Counted from the first letter of the stretch, positions 38,102-49,110 are shown. The stretch: 64,000 bases of DNA from a virus (IMGVR_UViG_3300021961_000065:10814-74813); one strand, 5' to 3'. The notes: generated by a model not told the origin, from the sequence alone. Numbers and translations are program-made.

Positions 38102-39971
38102 TTTACCATCGGTATATCAAGACGTTATTGCTATGTCTAGATATTCTAGATATATTCCTGAGAAAAAACGTAGAGAAACTTGGGATGAAACTGTAGATAG
38201 ATTGGTAAACTATTTAGAAAGTAAAGCACCAGAATTAAAGAAAGACTTAAAAGAAGTTAGAGAAGCTGTTCTTAACTTAGAAGTAATGCCTTCTATGCGT
38301 TTATTAATGACAGCAGGTGAAGCTGTAGAGCGAGATAATATTGCTGCTTATAATTGCTCTTACCTTGCTATTAATAATAAACGTGCTTTTAGTGAGGCTC
38401 TTTATATCCTAATGAATGGTACTGGTGTTGGTTTTAGTTGTGAACGACAAGAGATTAATAAACTACCTGCAGTACCTACTGAAATGTCAGAAGTCAAAGA
38501 CATTATTGTCGTTGGAGATAGTAAACTTGGATGGGCGAAAGCCTTCAAGAAATTGTTATCCAGTCTTTGGGAAGGAGATATACCACAGATTGACTACTCA
38601 CATATTCGACCATTAGGAGCTAGACTAAAGACATTTGGAGGACGAGCTAGTGGTCCAGGTCCCTTAGAAAAACTATTTAAATTTGTTATTAACAAGTTTG
38701 TAGAGGCTAAAGGACGTAAACTAAACTCTATCGAAGTACATGATATTATGTGTATGATTGGTGACATTGTTGTTGTAGGTGGTGTAAGACGATCAGCTTT
38801 AATTTCTTTAAGTAATCTAACAGACAGACGTATGAGAGATGCTAAAACAGGTGCTTGGTGGGAAAAAGATGAACATCGTAGACTTGCTAATAACTCAGTA
38901 GCTTACACAGAAACACCTGATAGTGAGACTTTTATGGAAGAATGGCTATCTTTAGTTAAATCTAAATCTGGAGAACGAGGTATCTTTAATCGTGTTGCTG
39001 CTCAGAAACAAGCTAACAAATGGGGAAGACGTGATCCTACTTTAGATTATGGTACTAATCCTTGTAGTGAAATTATTCTACGTGATAAACAATTCTGTAA
39101 CTTAACTGAAGTTATTATTCGTGCTAATGATACAGAAGAGTCTTTAACTAGAAAAGTCAGACTAGCTACGTTGTTAGGCACTATACAATCTACACTTACT
39201 AACTTTCAATTTTTATCTCATGATTGGATTAAAAATACAGAAGAAGAAAGATTACTTGGAGTATCATTAACAGGGATTATGGATTGTAAACTAACTTCAA
39301 ACCCTGATTCTAAAATGTTAGAAAGGTTAAGAGATGTTGCAAGAAAAACAAATGAAACATACGCTAAAAAACTGGACATTCCTGTGTCTACGTCAATTAC
39401 TTGTGTTAAGCCTAGCGGCACTGTGTCTCAGCTTGTTGACTCTGCTAGTGGTATACATACACGACACAATGACTACTACATTAGAAGAATACGTATGTCT
39501 AAAGCAGACCCTATATATGACTTCTTAAAAAACAAAGGTATTGAAGTAGAAGATGATTTGTTTGATAAAAGTAAAATAACGGCTGTATTTAGTTTCCCTA
39601 TGAAATCACCTAAAGGTGCTATACTTAGAGATGGTATGACAGCTATAGAGCAATTAGAAAACTGGCTTATTTATCAACGTCATTGGTGTGAACATAAACC
39701 TTCTGTAACTATATCTGTTAAAGATGATGAATGGATTCAAGTAGGAGCCTGGGTATGGAAACATTTTAATGAGATTAGTGGAGTTTCTTTCTTACCTCAT
39801 GATGGTGGATCATATCAACAAGCTCCTTATGAAGACTGCACTAAAGAACAGTATGAAGAGTTGTTAAGTCGTACTCCTAAAACCATAGATTGGTTAGACT
39901 TTATTGAAGAAGACGATAATACAATAGGACAACAAACATTAGCCTGTACGGCAGGAAGCTGTGAGATATAA
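38079..39971 (+). CDS. nrdJ: Class II (adenosylcobalamin-dependent) ribonucleotide reductase
   Basis: NC, GGVRRSA, TNPCSEI, CNLTE, KPSGT and C-terminal CxxxxC motifs; no NrdB gene nearby. Confidence 0.9.
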   Translation: MRRMRMINLPSVYQDVIAMSRYSRYIPEKKRRETWDETVDRLVNYLESKAPELKKDLKEVREAVLNLEVMPSMRLLMTAGEAVERDNIAAYNCSYLAINNKRAFSEALYILMNGTGVGFSCERQEINKLPAVPTEMSEVKDIIVVGDSKLGWAKAFKKLLSSLWEGDIPQIDYSHIRPLGARLKTFGGRASGPGPLEKLFKFVINKFVEAKGRKLNSIEVHDIMCMIGDIVVVGGVRRSALISLSNLTDRRMRDAKTGAWWEKDEHRRLANNSVAYTETPDSETFMEEWLSLVKSKSGERGIFNRVAAQKQANKWGRRDPTLDYGTNPCSEIILRDKQFCNLTEVIIRANDTEESLTRKVRLATLLGTIQSTLTNFQFLSHDWIKNTEEERLLGVSLTGIMDCKLTSNPDSKMLERLRDVARKTNETYAKKLDIPVSTSITCVKPSGTVSQLVDSASGIHTRHNDYYIRRIRMSKADPIYDFLKNKGIEVEDDLFDKSKITAVFSFPMKSPKGAILRDGMTAIEQLENWLIYQRHWCEHKPSVTISVKDDEWIQVGAWVWKHFNEISGVSFLPHDGGSYQQAPYEDCTKEQYEELLSRTPKTIDWLDFIEEDDNTIGQQTLACTAGSCEI

Positions 39972-40342
39972 TGAGAGTTTGTATAATAGGTAGTCGTAGT
40001 TTAGATAAGGCAGAGATAGTTCTTCCTATTATAGATAAGTTCTTTAAAGAACATACAGTTAAACCTCAAGTTATTATATCAGGAGGAGCTAAAGGAGTTG
40101 ATCACTTTAGTCAGTTGTATGCAGAACATAATGGACTTGACTTTATACAAATATTGCCGTATCATTTATTGGATACCACCACTGAGTTTAACAGTAAATA
40201 CTTTTTTATTCGTACCAAGCAGATGATAAGTAACGCAGATAAGGTACTTGCAATATGGGATACAAAAAGTAAAGGTACTGAGTATGGTATTAAACTTGCT
40301 CAGAAGTTAGATATACCAGTGATGGTTGTTAAAGTACCATAG
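39971..40342 (+). CDS. SLOG/DUF2493-family protein
   Basis: IIGSR, ISGGA.GVD and WD..S.GT motifs. Confidence 0.75.
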   Translation: MRVCIIGSRSLDKAEIVLPIIDKFFKEHTVKPQVIISGGAKGVDHFSQLYAEHNGLDFIQILPYHLLDTTTEFNSKYFFIRTKQMISNADKVLAIWDTKSKGTEYGIKLAQKLDIPVMVVKVP

Positions 40343-40418
40343 GTTTCCTTCCTTTTTGTCCTATGGTATGCTATGGTGCTGTAGTAGTTAGGTTGCCTCG
40401 CCTAGCTATTACAGCATT
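40335..40418 (+). other. Two tandem hairpins with pyrimidine-rich loops (terminator or sRNA)
   Basis: TACCATAGG/CCTATGGTA stem and a 16-bp TGCTGTAGTAGTTAGG/CCTAGCTATTACAGCA stem with G-U pairs. Confidence 0.55.
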
Positions 40419-40436
40419 ATTTTATATGGAGGTTAT

Positions 40437-40649
40437 GTGCTTGAATACGTATTAGTACTCTATCTTAATGATGAGCCTAACTATATAGGTAACTTTAAGT
40501 CATGTGCTCATGCTAATAGATACATACAAAACTGTTACTTTAGTACAGTTATGCCTAGTGACTACTATGTATCATGCCAACATCAAGACTATTTATTTTT
40601 ACCTGAGGGTTTTGTAGCCTCTTATCCTGAGGATTGTTCCACAGATTAA
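40437..40649 (+). CDS. Hypothetical protein, last gene of the + arm
   Basis: GGAGG RBS, GTG start. Confidence 0.55.
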   Translation: MLEYVLVLYLNDEPNYIGNFKSCAHANRYIQNCYFSTVMPSDYYVSCQHQDYLFLPEGFVASYPEDCSTD

Positions 40650-40679
40650 TAGGAGGAAAATCTATATCCTTCCATTCAA

Positions 40680-43016
40680 TCATAGTAAGCTATCTAAATA
40701 ATTTATAGTTTCACTAGGTAATTTTGTTTTCCATTTATTACCATTAGCTTCTATTAATTTATCTACATTACCTAAACCATAATTATAAGCAGCTAAAGCT
40801 TTTTCTTTATCGCCTCGATAGTAACTAACTAATTTATCAAGATAGTTTTGTACCCATTGAGCTTGTTCCATTACAGTAGAAGTTTCAAGATCTATTGAAG
40901 GTAATCCAAATCCAGGATCTTTTGCTGTACTAGGTAGTATTTGGAATTGTCCTAAAGCACCTTTACTAGATTTAATAAGTTTACCTGCTTTATCTCGATG
41001 TCCTTCTTTAGATTCTACAGGACCTAACTCATTAACTACAAAGTCTAAATCAAGTTCTTTAGCTTTTGTTTGAGTTATAGGAGGTTCTTGTTCTACAGGA
41101 GCAGTTGTAACTCCTTCTGTAGGTGTCGTCTCTACAGGTTGTTCATTAACTATAGGAACAGTTTCTTCTTGTACTTGTTGTTGTACAGCTTTAAGACTAT
41201 CTAAAATACCTTTATTAGATTCAACAGCCATTACTTTACCATAGGTTTTAATACTGTTATTTAATGGTACTACATACTTATTATTAAAATCATTTTTAGC
41301 ACCAGGTACAATAACTAAACCTTGACCATCTGTTTTAATAGTAAGCCCCAAAGTAGCAGCTTCTGCTTCCATTTGTTTATAAATTGTAGGAACAGCGTTT
41401 TCAATACTTTGAGCTAATGCACTTTGACGAGTTGCATCTAATGATCTAACATCATCACTTGTTACAAAGTTTGATGCTATACCTGCCATAATTTCAGTAT
41501 ATAATTTATATTTATCAGCAGGACTATCCATTTTATTATTATAGGCTTCTTCAATACGATCAAATAAAGAATTAGCTACTTGAGTACCTTTAGTATCTCC
41601 TGATAATTTAGTTAAAGATATTTGAACTCCTTCTTGTACCATTGATTTATTTTTATTAAGAGGACTTATATTTAACATTTCATCTAATGATGATATTCCT
41701 GTATTGCCTTGTTTTTCAAACATTCTATTAATATTATCAATAAAACCAACGTATTCAGCACTATTAAATTGAATACCAAACGTATTACCTACAGTAGCTA
41801 GTTTTTCTAACATACCTGCTACTTCTGTAGTAGCTCCAAATTTATTTCTAAAATCTATTTGTATTTGATTTTCAGTAATAGATTTTTGATTTTCAATATA
41901 AGTTTTAATATCACTAAGATTTTTATAGTTTTCAATCGTAGTTAAAGAATCATTTAATCTATCTTTATAACGAGTAAGCCGTTCTTTAACTTCAGGATTA
42001 TTTAATCCATAAGGAGAAAATGTTAATTCAGCATCCATAATACGATTTTGAATATATGTTTTAGCATTAGCTTTAGCTGTTGCTAATTCATTAGGAGACA
42101 ATTCTTGTCTTGTTACAAGTTGTCCAGTTTGAGGATCTACATTTGTAATAGTAAATATTTTTTCTATTTCATTTACATCACTATATTGTCTACTTAATGA
42201 AATTTTATCAAAAGTACCATCTTTAATAGCTCTACGAAGTTGTAATTTATCAACATCTTCACCACGTTTAGCTTCTCTAGATAAAGCATCATCTCCAAAT
42301 TTAGCTTGTCTTAAATATTGATTAAAAGCATCCATCGCATTAGAATCTAATTGACCATTAGGTCCTCTAAATATTGGATTATTTAAATTAAGATTATTAT
42401 CTTTAGCTTCTTTATAAATCTCTTTAAACATCCATTCATCCATACCTGCTTTAGAGGTAGCCATTTTGTCGTCAAGTTTAATACGATTTTCAATACCATT
42501 TAAATCAAGTACAGTTTTACCATGAGAAAGAATTTCTGATTTAAGATAAGGATATTGTGTTACTTTATCTTTAAGTATTTGTTTTACTCGTTGATCAAAT
42601 TCAAAACCAGTAATACGTTCTTGTGACTTTGCTTTGTCTAAGAATTGTTTTTGTGTATCAATATCTGATAAAACATTATTAATAGACTGGTTAACTTCTT
42701 CAGCAGAACCTGATTTTTGACTTGGTAGTTTAGCTAATTCAGCTTCAGACTTTTGTAAACCCTGTTGTTGTTCTAGTATTTTAGAAGGACTAGCAGATTC
42801 ATAAGCATTAATTTCATCGTCTATTTCACCAGTAATTCCTTGAAGAGCATTGAGTTCAGCAACATCTTTATAAATAGCTGTAGATAATTTAGCTGCATTA
42901 GTAAACGCATTAATGTTTGTAGCAGCACCATAGCCTGCTGATTTATCAATTACTGGTTGTTTAACAAAAGGAGCAACATTTCTTTCTCCTATTTCATCTG
43001 TAAATCTATTTGCCAT
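40680..43016 (-). CDS. Internal virion protein with C-terminal lytic transglycosylase (SLT) domain
   Basis: VES, S.KGALG.FQ..P.TA and ALAAYN.G.GNV motifs. Confidence 0.85.
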   Translation of the reverse strand: MANRFTDEIGERNVAPFVKQPVIDKSAGYGAATNINAFTNAAKLSTAIYKDVAELNALQGITGEIDDEINAYESASPSKILEQQQGLQKSEAELAKLPSQKSGSAEEVNQSINNVLSDIDTQKQFLDKAKSQERITGFEFDQRVKQILKDKVTQYPYLKSEILSHGKTVLDLNGIENRIKLDDKMATSKAGMDEWMFKEIYKEAKDNNLNLNNPIFRGPNGQLDSNAMDAFNQYLRQAKFGDDALSREAKRGEDVDKLQLRRAIKDGTFDKISLSRQYSDVNEIEKIFTITNVDPQTGQLVTRQELSPNELATAKANAKTYIQNRIMDAELTFSPYGLNNPEVKERLTRYKDRLNDSLTTIENYKNLSDIKTYIENQKSITENQIQIDFRNKFGATTEVAGMLEKLATVGNTFGIQFNSAEYVGFIDNINRMFEKQGNTGISSLDEMLNISPLNKNKSMVQEGVQISLTKLSGDTKGTQVANSLFDRIEEAYNNKMDSPADKYKLYTEIMAGIASNFVTSDDVRSLDATRQSALAQSIENAVPTIYKQMEAEAATLGLTIKTDGQGLVIVPGAKNDFNNKYVVPLNNSIKTYGKVMAVESNKGILDSLKAVQQQVQEETVPIVNEQPVETTPTEGVTTAPVEQEPPITQTKAKELDLDFVVNELGPVESKEGHRDKAGKLIKSSKGALGQFQILPSTAKDPGFGLPSIDLETSTVMEQAQWVQNYLDKLVSYYRGDKEKALAAYNYGLGNVDKLIEANGNKWKTKLPSETINYLDSLL

Positions 43017-46000
43017 TATTGTTCTCCTTGAATTTCTACGGGTCCTACAGTAACATTTTCGTTTTCTTTAGGCTCTGTTTGTTTTATATTAAAGCGTTCT
43101 TTTAACATTTCTACGGCTTTTTTAGTAGAAGGTTTGTCTATACGTTCTAGTTTATTAATTACATTATTAATAAATTCATTAGTTTCTCGTTCTTGAGATC
43201 TAAATACTCTTCCTAAAATACTTGATTCAATATCAGAACGAGCTGCTCTTCTATCAAAAGCAACTATTTGTTTTTGAATAGCTATCATATCATCTTTAGT
43301 AAAGAATTTACCACCTTGCTCTAATACTGTAAGTGTTTCACCAACTACTTTCATTTTAGCTGTAGCTGTTTCAACTGTGTCCATACTATTTTTAACTTCA
43401 GGACTATTAAAGATTTTTACCATTTGTTTGTAAACATCTTCAGCTACTTGTTTATTACGTTCATTACGTTTATTTTCATTTGAAAGTATTGCATACATTT
43501 CATTTTCATTTACAGTTCTAAAACCAAACTTCTGAGCTGCAAGCTCTGCTTGTGTTTTTTGTAATTGTAAACTATTGCCAAATGATGTAAGAATTTCACC
43601 TGATTCTGCTTGTACATAAGATTTAGTAATATTACTCATACCTGATACAAATTCAAATATTCTAGGAAGGGCTGAAGACATATCTTCTTTAGTAATATCT
43701 TTAGTTCTTATATAAAAATCAAAAGTATCAAATGCTTTAAATAAAGATTGAGAACCTTGTATTGCAGGTATTCTAAATGTACCCCCTTTTTCAGTAAATA
43801 CATCTTGTATATTATAGATAAACTCAACAAAAGCAAAAGGAGTTCCTGAATTACCTACAGGAGATACAGAAGTTGAGTAGTCTATATTAGGTCGTTTACC
43901 TTCTCCATCTTGAGCTAATTGATAAAATAATTCATTAACAACATAATTAGCTAAACCTCGTTCTATTAAAGCTCTAGTATTCTCATCTAATTGATCATCA
44001 GGATGTTGTTTATCTAACCAATCCATTAAGAATTTACCAAAGTAAAAACCAGTAGCACCAAAGGCTAATACTTGTCCTGCAAAGAAACGTCCTCTTTGGA
44101 ATTTAGTAAGATTAGTTGCATTATTTTGAAAAAACACATTACCTATCTTTTGAACAACAGCAAGGAATTGGAATAAACTACTTGTTAAACCTTTTTGGAA
44201 ATTAAAAGCACCTTGTCTTGTTTGTGATCCTGAAATTCTCCATCCTTCATAGAAAATATCATCTTGAGTACGTTTATCTTTTAAATTAAAATCTTTACCT
44301 GCTAATTTACGTTTGTTCATCATAGCAATATTAGCAAAAAATAATCTGTTTTGAAATTCAGCAAAGTTAAAACCAATAGTACGAGCTATACCAACAGCTC
44401 CTCTTATAGGTGATGTTGCTACGTTTACTGTTTGTTGTAATTTAGAAGGATTAATAGGATTATATTTATCTCCTAATAACTCGTTTACCATCATGTTAAG
44501 AGAAGCAGACTGAGCTAATCCTGATTTATTTACAGCTTCTACCCAAGCTTCAAACTCAGGTACTTTCATAATTCTAAAACCTGGCACATCTGTAACTTGT
44601 AATAAACTATGAACCATTTGTTTAATGGCTTCTCCTGCAGGTTTACCTTTAAATTTATCTGCTTCAGCTAATAAACGTAAGTTAATTAAAACAGACATAG
44701 AGGTATCTCTTAAAATTGTATGAGGATTACCTGCCATCCACCCTACCATTTGAGTCGTTTGAACAAAAGGCTGTCGTAAAACGTTTAAAGCAATATATAA
44801 AGTAGAAGCAACTTTATTACCTAAAGAAGTAATTTGTTGTCCATCTAACTTTCTAAGAATAGAGTTAGTTCTTTTATTAATAAAATTAGGAGTTACCCAT
44901 TCAAAACCATCATATACTTTATTAACAAACTCGTTAACTAATCCCTCACCTTTAGTTAAATAAGTTTGTTGTGCTTCATAATATTTATATTTATTTAAAG
45001 CTGCTCTATATTTATTACGATTAACGTTAGCATTAATTATATCTGATTCTGATCTAGGAAATATAGGGTCACCTTGAGCATCTCGTTTAAGAAACTCAGG
45101 ATAAGTCCTTACAAAGTATTCTTCAAATACTCTAAGATGTGGATCTAATAAATTAAGTCTATCTAAAGCTCGATGAGACTTAGCAAGAGCAGTCATCATA
45201 TCTTCTAGATTATTATTCTTAAAGTTACGATTTAAATACTCGCCTCTAGCTTTAGCACTTGATGCAGAGGCTACATAAATTTCTTGATCTGCTTTAATAT
45301 CATTATATGTATTTTCTGCACGTCTTGGGTCAACTACACGATATGCAGGATTACCATCTAAATCCATAGGTAAGTCTGCTTCCATCTTTTTAGCAAATGC
45401 TTTAGCATCTTTAATAGTGTCAGCAGTTCCTACTACTTGTCTGTATTGAGCTAATACTTCAGGTTGTTGTTTAAACTTACCATTAACAAATAAAGAAGCA
45501 GGTTCTATTTCTATAAAATAAACGGCTTTATGTACTGTAGGTAAATAGCCAGGTACCTTATCTAAAACTTGTGTAGGTAATGAATCAATTTGAAATTTAG
45601 TTGCATCAATAACACCATATTCATAAACATCAATACGTTTATTTAAATTAAAGGGGTCTTGCTGTGGAAAACGTAATTGAACAATTTGTCGTCCATATTT
45701 ATCATAAGGAATACCATCTTTTACTTTATCAAATACAAGTTCAGTTCCTGCTTTAGCTTCAAAATCCCAAATTAAACCTATGTCTTCTTTAATAAAAGGG
45801 AAGTCTGTTTTAACAGGTTGTAACATTGTATCTAAATTACCTTTATTATATAAAGCTTCTTTAAATCCATTAGCTACTAAATCTTCTTTAAATAGTTTAT
45901 TAGTATAAGCATAGTCAAGTTTAGTTATTAACTTAATTGTTTGTATATCTGTATATACATCATCAATTAATTTAGTACGTTTAGAAGATTCAATTTGATC

Positions 46001-48169
46001 AAATAAAGATCTATGTAATGTCACTAAATCAGAACGAGATATATCTTTTAATCCATTAACAAATAAATGATTTAATGTTTCAAATACATAACTTGAGTGA
46101 GGTGATTTAGCTATTTTATTAATTTCTTTTACAATAGCACGAGTATTATAGTTTGTTTTTTCTGCTGCTCTTTGATAACCTTGTGATAACCAATTATCAA
46201 ATTGAGCTCCTAAACTCATAATATTATTACTAAATATATCTGCTGCTTTAGCAATACCTTCACTACCAAAGTAAGTTGTTCTAGGAGCTAACCCTTCAGT
46301 GTCGTATACATATAAATCAAGAGGATCAAAAGGTCTATCAAATTCTAAAGTAATACTTAGAGTACGTTCACTACCTTCTAAGTTATTTTTAAATTCAGCC
46401 ATATCATTTGCATCTAATACGTCTTTACCTTTACGTTCTTTAAAGTCTTGTAAGTTAAAGAATTTAGATTCTTTCATAAGAGTATCAGGTGTATACTTTT
46501 TACCTGTATCTAAATCTTCAATATAAAGATCTAGTTTACCTCTATTTTTAACAAAGTTTTTTAAATCACCATAGGCAGCTTTACCTTGATCTATTAAGTC
46601 TTGTTTAATTTTATTATAGATACCAATAGCTTCTTGTCGTGAGTAAATCATGTAGCTATCGTCTTTACCAAAACGAGCTTTACCAAAGATGTTATTTTGT
46701 GCTAATGTAAATTTAGATTTATTTAAATGTAATTTACCTTGGCTTTCTGATACAATAGCTTGTAATAAATCAGCATATTGTAAACGTGCCTCATAGTTTT
46801 GAAGAGGATTAAAATAGTTTTCTGTAAATATATTACTAAAATCTTCAGTTAAAGTTCTTAGTTTATGTTCAAGAGAAGGTGTGTTTTTAATATCAGACGT
46901 AAAGTTGTCTGCTTGATTTAATAAAGTATCATGAATAATGTTAAACTTTTGATTATTTAATTTACTTGCTATATTGTTAGTAGGATCTATAATAGCTGTA
47001 AGTGCTAACTCGCCACCTGCTTTAGGGTTTGCTTGTATTACATTATCAAGAGGACTACCATCTGCGATATTTTCAGCACGTCCATTTTCATAAACACGAA
47101 TACGTTCACGTACAGTTTTACCTGTTTGTGGATCAAGATATTCTACTGTTGTATATCGTTCATTATATTTACGAGATATAAAGTTTTTACCACCCTTAGC
47201 AAGAGGATAAGCTATTAAAGCAGTTTCAATAATTAAACTACCTTGATCTTTGTTTTTAAAAACACCATATTTAGCCCCTGCTTCAGCTAAAGTTTGAATA
47301 CCATCACTAATAGCTGTTTCACCTTTACGAACCATACTATTTCTAAACTCTTCACCAATTCCTACTTTATCAGCATATTGTTCTAGTGTTAACATATGTG
47401 CTGCTCTATGAATAGGATTATTAGCTTCTTTCATTAATACGTCAGCACGTTCAGCTAGTGTTTCCCAAGTAACTTCACCATTATCAATAGCATCTTTAGT
47501 AGCAAGTGCCCATCTAGCTCCTAAATTACCCATTACTTCAGGTATTTGAGTAAAGAAATTAACTAAAGCACCTGTCTCTGCTGTTGTTTGTTTACCCCAT
47601 TGTTTCCAATTAATACTACCATTTTTGTTTTTAGGTATTTCAGAACCAAAGGTCATTTCAGAATTATTAAAGAAATCAATTACATTACCTGTTAACTGTT
47701 TATCTTCTTGTAAAGATTGATAATCTTTTTTCTCTTTACGAGAATCTACAATCGTTGATAAATGAGCATCTTGATTTTGTTCTTCAACATCAAATTTACC
47801 ACCTGGAAGTGTTGCTATATTTTCAACAAATATATCTTCTTTATCTTGAGGTGTAAAGACTCCTTTATAGTAGTCAGCAATTAATTGTCGTTTAGTTAGA
47901 TCATCATATTGAGGATCATCAATAATATCAGCTACGGCTGACTTATAGTTATTAGCTTCTGTTTGTTGTATTTGTGCATCTTTTAAATCTCGATCTTCAG
48001 TAATACCATTCTTTAAATCTTCAGACATTTTAAAGATGTCTTCAAAATCAGCACTACCATCTAAACCTATAGTATATATAGCTTCTTCATTAGCCGTAGG
48101 CTCATTCATTAGAAGCTGTTTATTTTCAACCTCAGGTACTATAAAGTCTTTAGGTAAAGTAAGTCCCAT
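43016..48169 (-). CDS. Large internal virion (ejection) protein, 1717 aa
   Basis: Size, helical composition and position after the nozzle and small ejection genes. Confidence 0.7.
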   Translation of the reverse strand: MGLTLPKDFIVPEVENKQLLMNEPTANEEAIYTIGLDGSADFEDIFKMSEDLKNGITEDRDLKDAQIQQTEANNYKSAVADIIDDPQYDDLTKRQLIADYYKGVFTPQDKEDIFVENIATLPGGKFDVEEQNQDAHLSTIVDSRKEKKDYQSLQEDKQLTGNVIDFFNNSEMTFGSEIPKNKNGSINWKQWGKQTTAETGALVNFFTQIPEVMGNLGARWALATKDAIDNGEVTWETLAERADVLMKEANNPIHRAAHMLTLEQYADKVGIGEEFRNSMVRKGETAISDGIQTLAEAGAKYGVFKNKDQGSLIIETALIAYPLAKGGKNFISRKYNERYTTVEYLDPQTGKTVRERIRVYENGRAENIADGSPLDNVIQANPKAGGELALTAIIDPTNNIASKLNNQKFNIIHDTLLNQADNFTSDIKNTPSLEHKLRTLTEDFSNIFTENYFNPLQNYEARLQYADLLQAIVSESQGKLHLNKSKFTLAQNNIFGKARFGKDDSYMIYSRQEAIGIYNKIKQDLIDQGKAAYGDLKNFVKNRGKLDLYIEDLDTGKKYTPDTLMKESKFFNLQDFKERKGKDVLDANDMAEFKNNLEGSERTLSITLEFDRPFDPLDLYVYDTEGLAPRTTYFGSEGIAKAADIFSNNIMSLGAQFDNWLSQGYQRAAEKTNYNTRAIVKEINKIAKSPHSSYVFETLNHLFVNGLKDISRSDLVTLHRSLFDQIESSKRTKLIDDVYTDIQTIKLITKLDYAYTNKLFKEDLVANGFKEALYNKGNLDTMLQPVKTDFPFIKEDIGLIWDFEAKAGTELVFDKVKDGIPYDKYGRQIVQLRFPQQDPFNLNKRIDVYEYGVIDATKFQIDSLPTQVLDKVPGYLPTVHKAVYFIEIEPASLFVNGKFKQQPEVLAQYRQVVGTADTIKDAKAFAKKMEADLPMDLDGNPAYRVVDPRRAENTYNDIKADQEIYVASASSAKARGEYLNRNFKNNNLEDMMTALAKSHRALDRLNLLDPHLRVFEEYFVRTYPEFLKRDAQGDPIFPRSESDIINANVNRNKYRAALNKYKYYEAQQTYLTKGEGLVNEFVNKVYDGFEWVTPNFINKRTNSILRKLDGQQITSLGNKVASTLYIALNVLRQPFVQTTQMVGWMAGNPHTILRDTSMSVLINLRLLAEADKFKGKPAGEAIKQMVHSLLQVTDVPGFRIMKVPEFEAWVEAVNKSGLAQSASLNMMVNELLGDKYNPINPSKLQQTVNVATSPIRGAVGIARTIGFNFAEFQNRLFFANIAMMNKRKLAGKDFNLKDKRTQDDIFYEGWRISGSQTRQGAFNFQKGLTSSLFQFLAVVQKIGNVFFQNNATNLTKFQRGRFFAGQVLAFGATGFYFGKFLMDWLDKQHPDDQLDENTRALIERGLANYVVNELFYQLAQDGEGKRPNIDYSTSVSPVGNSGTPFAFVEFIYNIQDVFTEKGGTFRIPAIQGSQSLFKAFDTFDFYIRTKDITKEDMSSALPRIFEFVSGMSNITKSYVQAESGEILTSFGNSLQLQKTQAELAAQKFGFRTVNENEMYAILSNENKRNERNKQVAEDVYKQMVKIFNSPEVKNSMDTVETATAKMKVVGETLTVLEQGGKFFTKDDMIAIQKQIVAFDRRAARSDIESSILGRVFRSQERETNEFINNVINKLERIDKPSTKKAVEMLKERFNIKQTEPKENENVTVGPVEIQGEQ

Positions 48170-48172
48170 GTA

Positions 48173-48790
48173 TTATCCTACGTTAAATGTATCGAAATAG
48201 TCACTACTAAAAGTTCTAGAGGCTGTCTTAGGTACTTCAAAAGGATTACCTACTCCAAAATCACGAGCTACATTCATACCTAAAGTAGATAAGTTTTGAT
48301 AACCTTGCATTTCCATACCAGTTGTAGCTACTTGAGAAGCATATGTTCCTATTTGTTGAGTTGTTTCACTCATAGAACGTCCTGCCATTTCAGCACCTGT
48401 TAAGTTAGCTTGTTGATAGGCTTCTTGAGTTAATAAAGAACCAGTAGCTCCACTAGCCACAGAAGTACCAGGAAATGCTACACCACTTTGTGCTAAGTTT
48501 GCTATAATATTAGATCGTTTAAGATACGATTCTCGAGTTAACTGCCTTCGTTGCTTTTGTATATTAGCTTCAGCTACTTTTTGTTTCTTTTCTTCAAGAA
48601 TTCTAGCTTGTTCTGCACGTTGTTCTTCTGCTTTTTCTTGTTTTTTACCAAGTCGTCTTTGTTGTATCATTGAATAAGCTGAAGCAACATAACCTATAGG
48701 TCCTAAATATTTACCTACAATACCTGCTTTATCTGCAAATTTACCTACAGCACTTACAACACTTGTAACAGCATTAACAGCACCACCCAT
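48173..48790 (-). CDS. Small internal virion/ejection protein
   Basis: MGG start, Gly/Ala/Gln-rich, gp14-like position. Confidence 0.65.
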   Translation of the reverse strand: MGGAVNAVTSVVSAVGKFADKAGIVGKYLGPIGYVASAYSMIQQRRLGKKQEKAEEQRAEQARILEEKKQKVAEANIQKQRRQLTRESYLKRSNIIANLAQSGVAFPGTSVASGATGSLLTQEAYQQANLTGAEMAGRSMSETTQQIGTYASQVATTGMEMQGYQNLSTLGMNVARDFGVGNPFEVPKTASRTFSSDYFDTFNVG

Positions 48791-49110
48791 TATAATACTC
48801 CTTTAACAATATATTGATACTCAGTTCCATGATTAATTTCAGCTAGTTCACCTGTATATTCACCACCAAATAAAGCATTAAACTTTATTTCTTTTGGTGT
48901 TTTAGATAAACCATATACTTCATTAATCCCTCTTCTTTTTAATACTTTTCTAATAACTTCACCTATTTTACGATAACGTTTATACGTAGATAATGACCAT
49001 TCTTTACACTCAATATGAAGTATCCATTTCTTCATATAAGGTTCCCAACTAATGGCTACATAACCATTACCATCTTCTTCATATAAGATTGTTTTTGTTG
49101 AATCATGCAC
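48790..49110 (-). CDS. Small virion assembly protein (gp13-like position)
   Basis: Homologue of 5028-5333. Confidence 0.5.
   Translation of the reverse strand: MHDSTKTILYEEDGNGYVAISWEPYMKKWILHIECKEWSLSTYKRYRKIGEVIRKVLKRRGINEVYGLSKTPKEIKFNALFGGEYTGELAEINHGTEYQYIVKGVL

Noticed and set aside
43016-48169. Virion-encapsidated RNA polymerase in the 1717-aa protein
   Set aside because: No single-subunit RNAP or DxDGD catalytic motifs were recognised; position fits an ejection protein.
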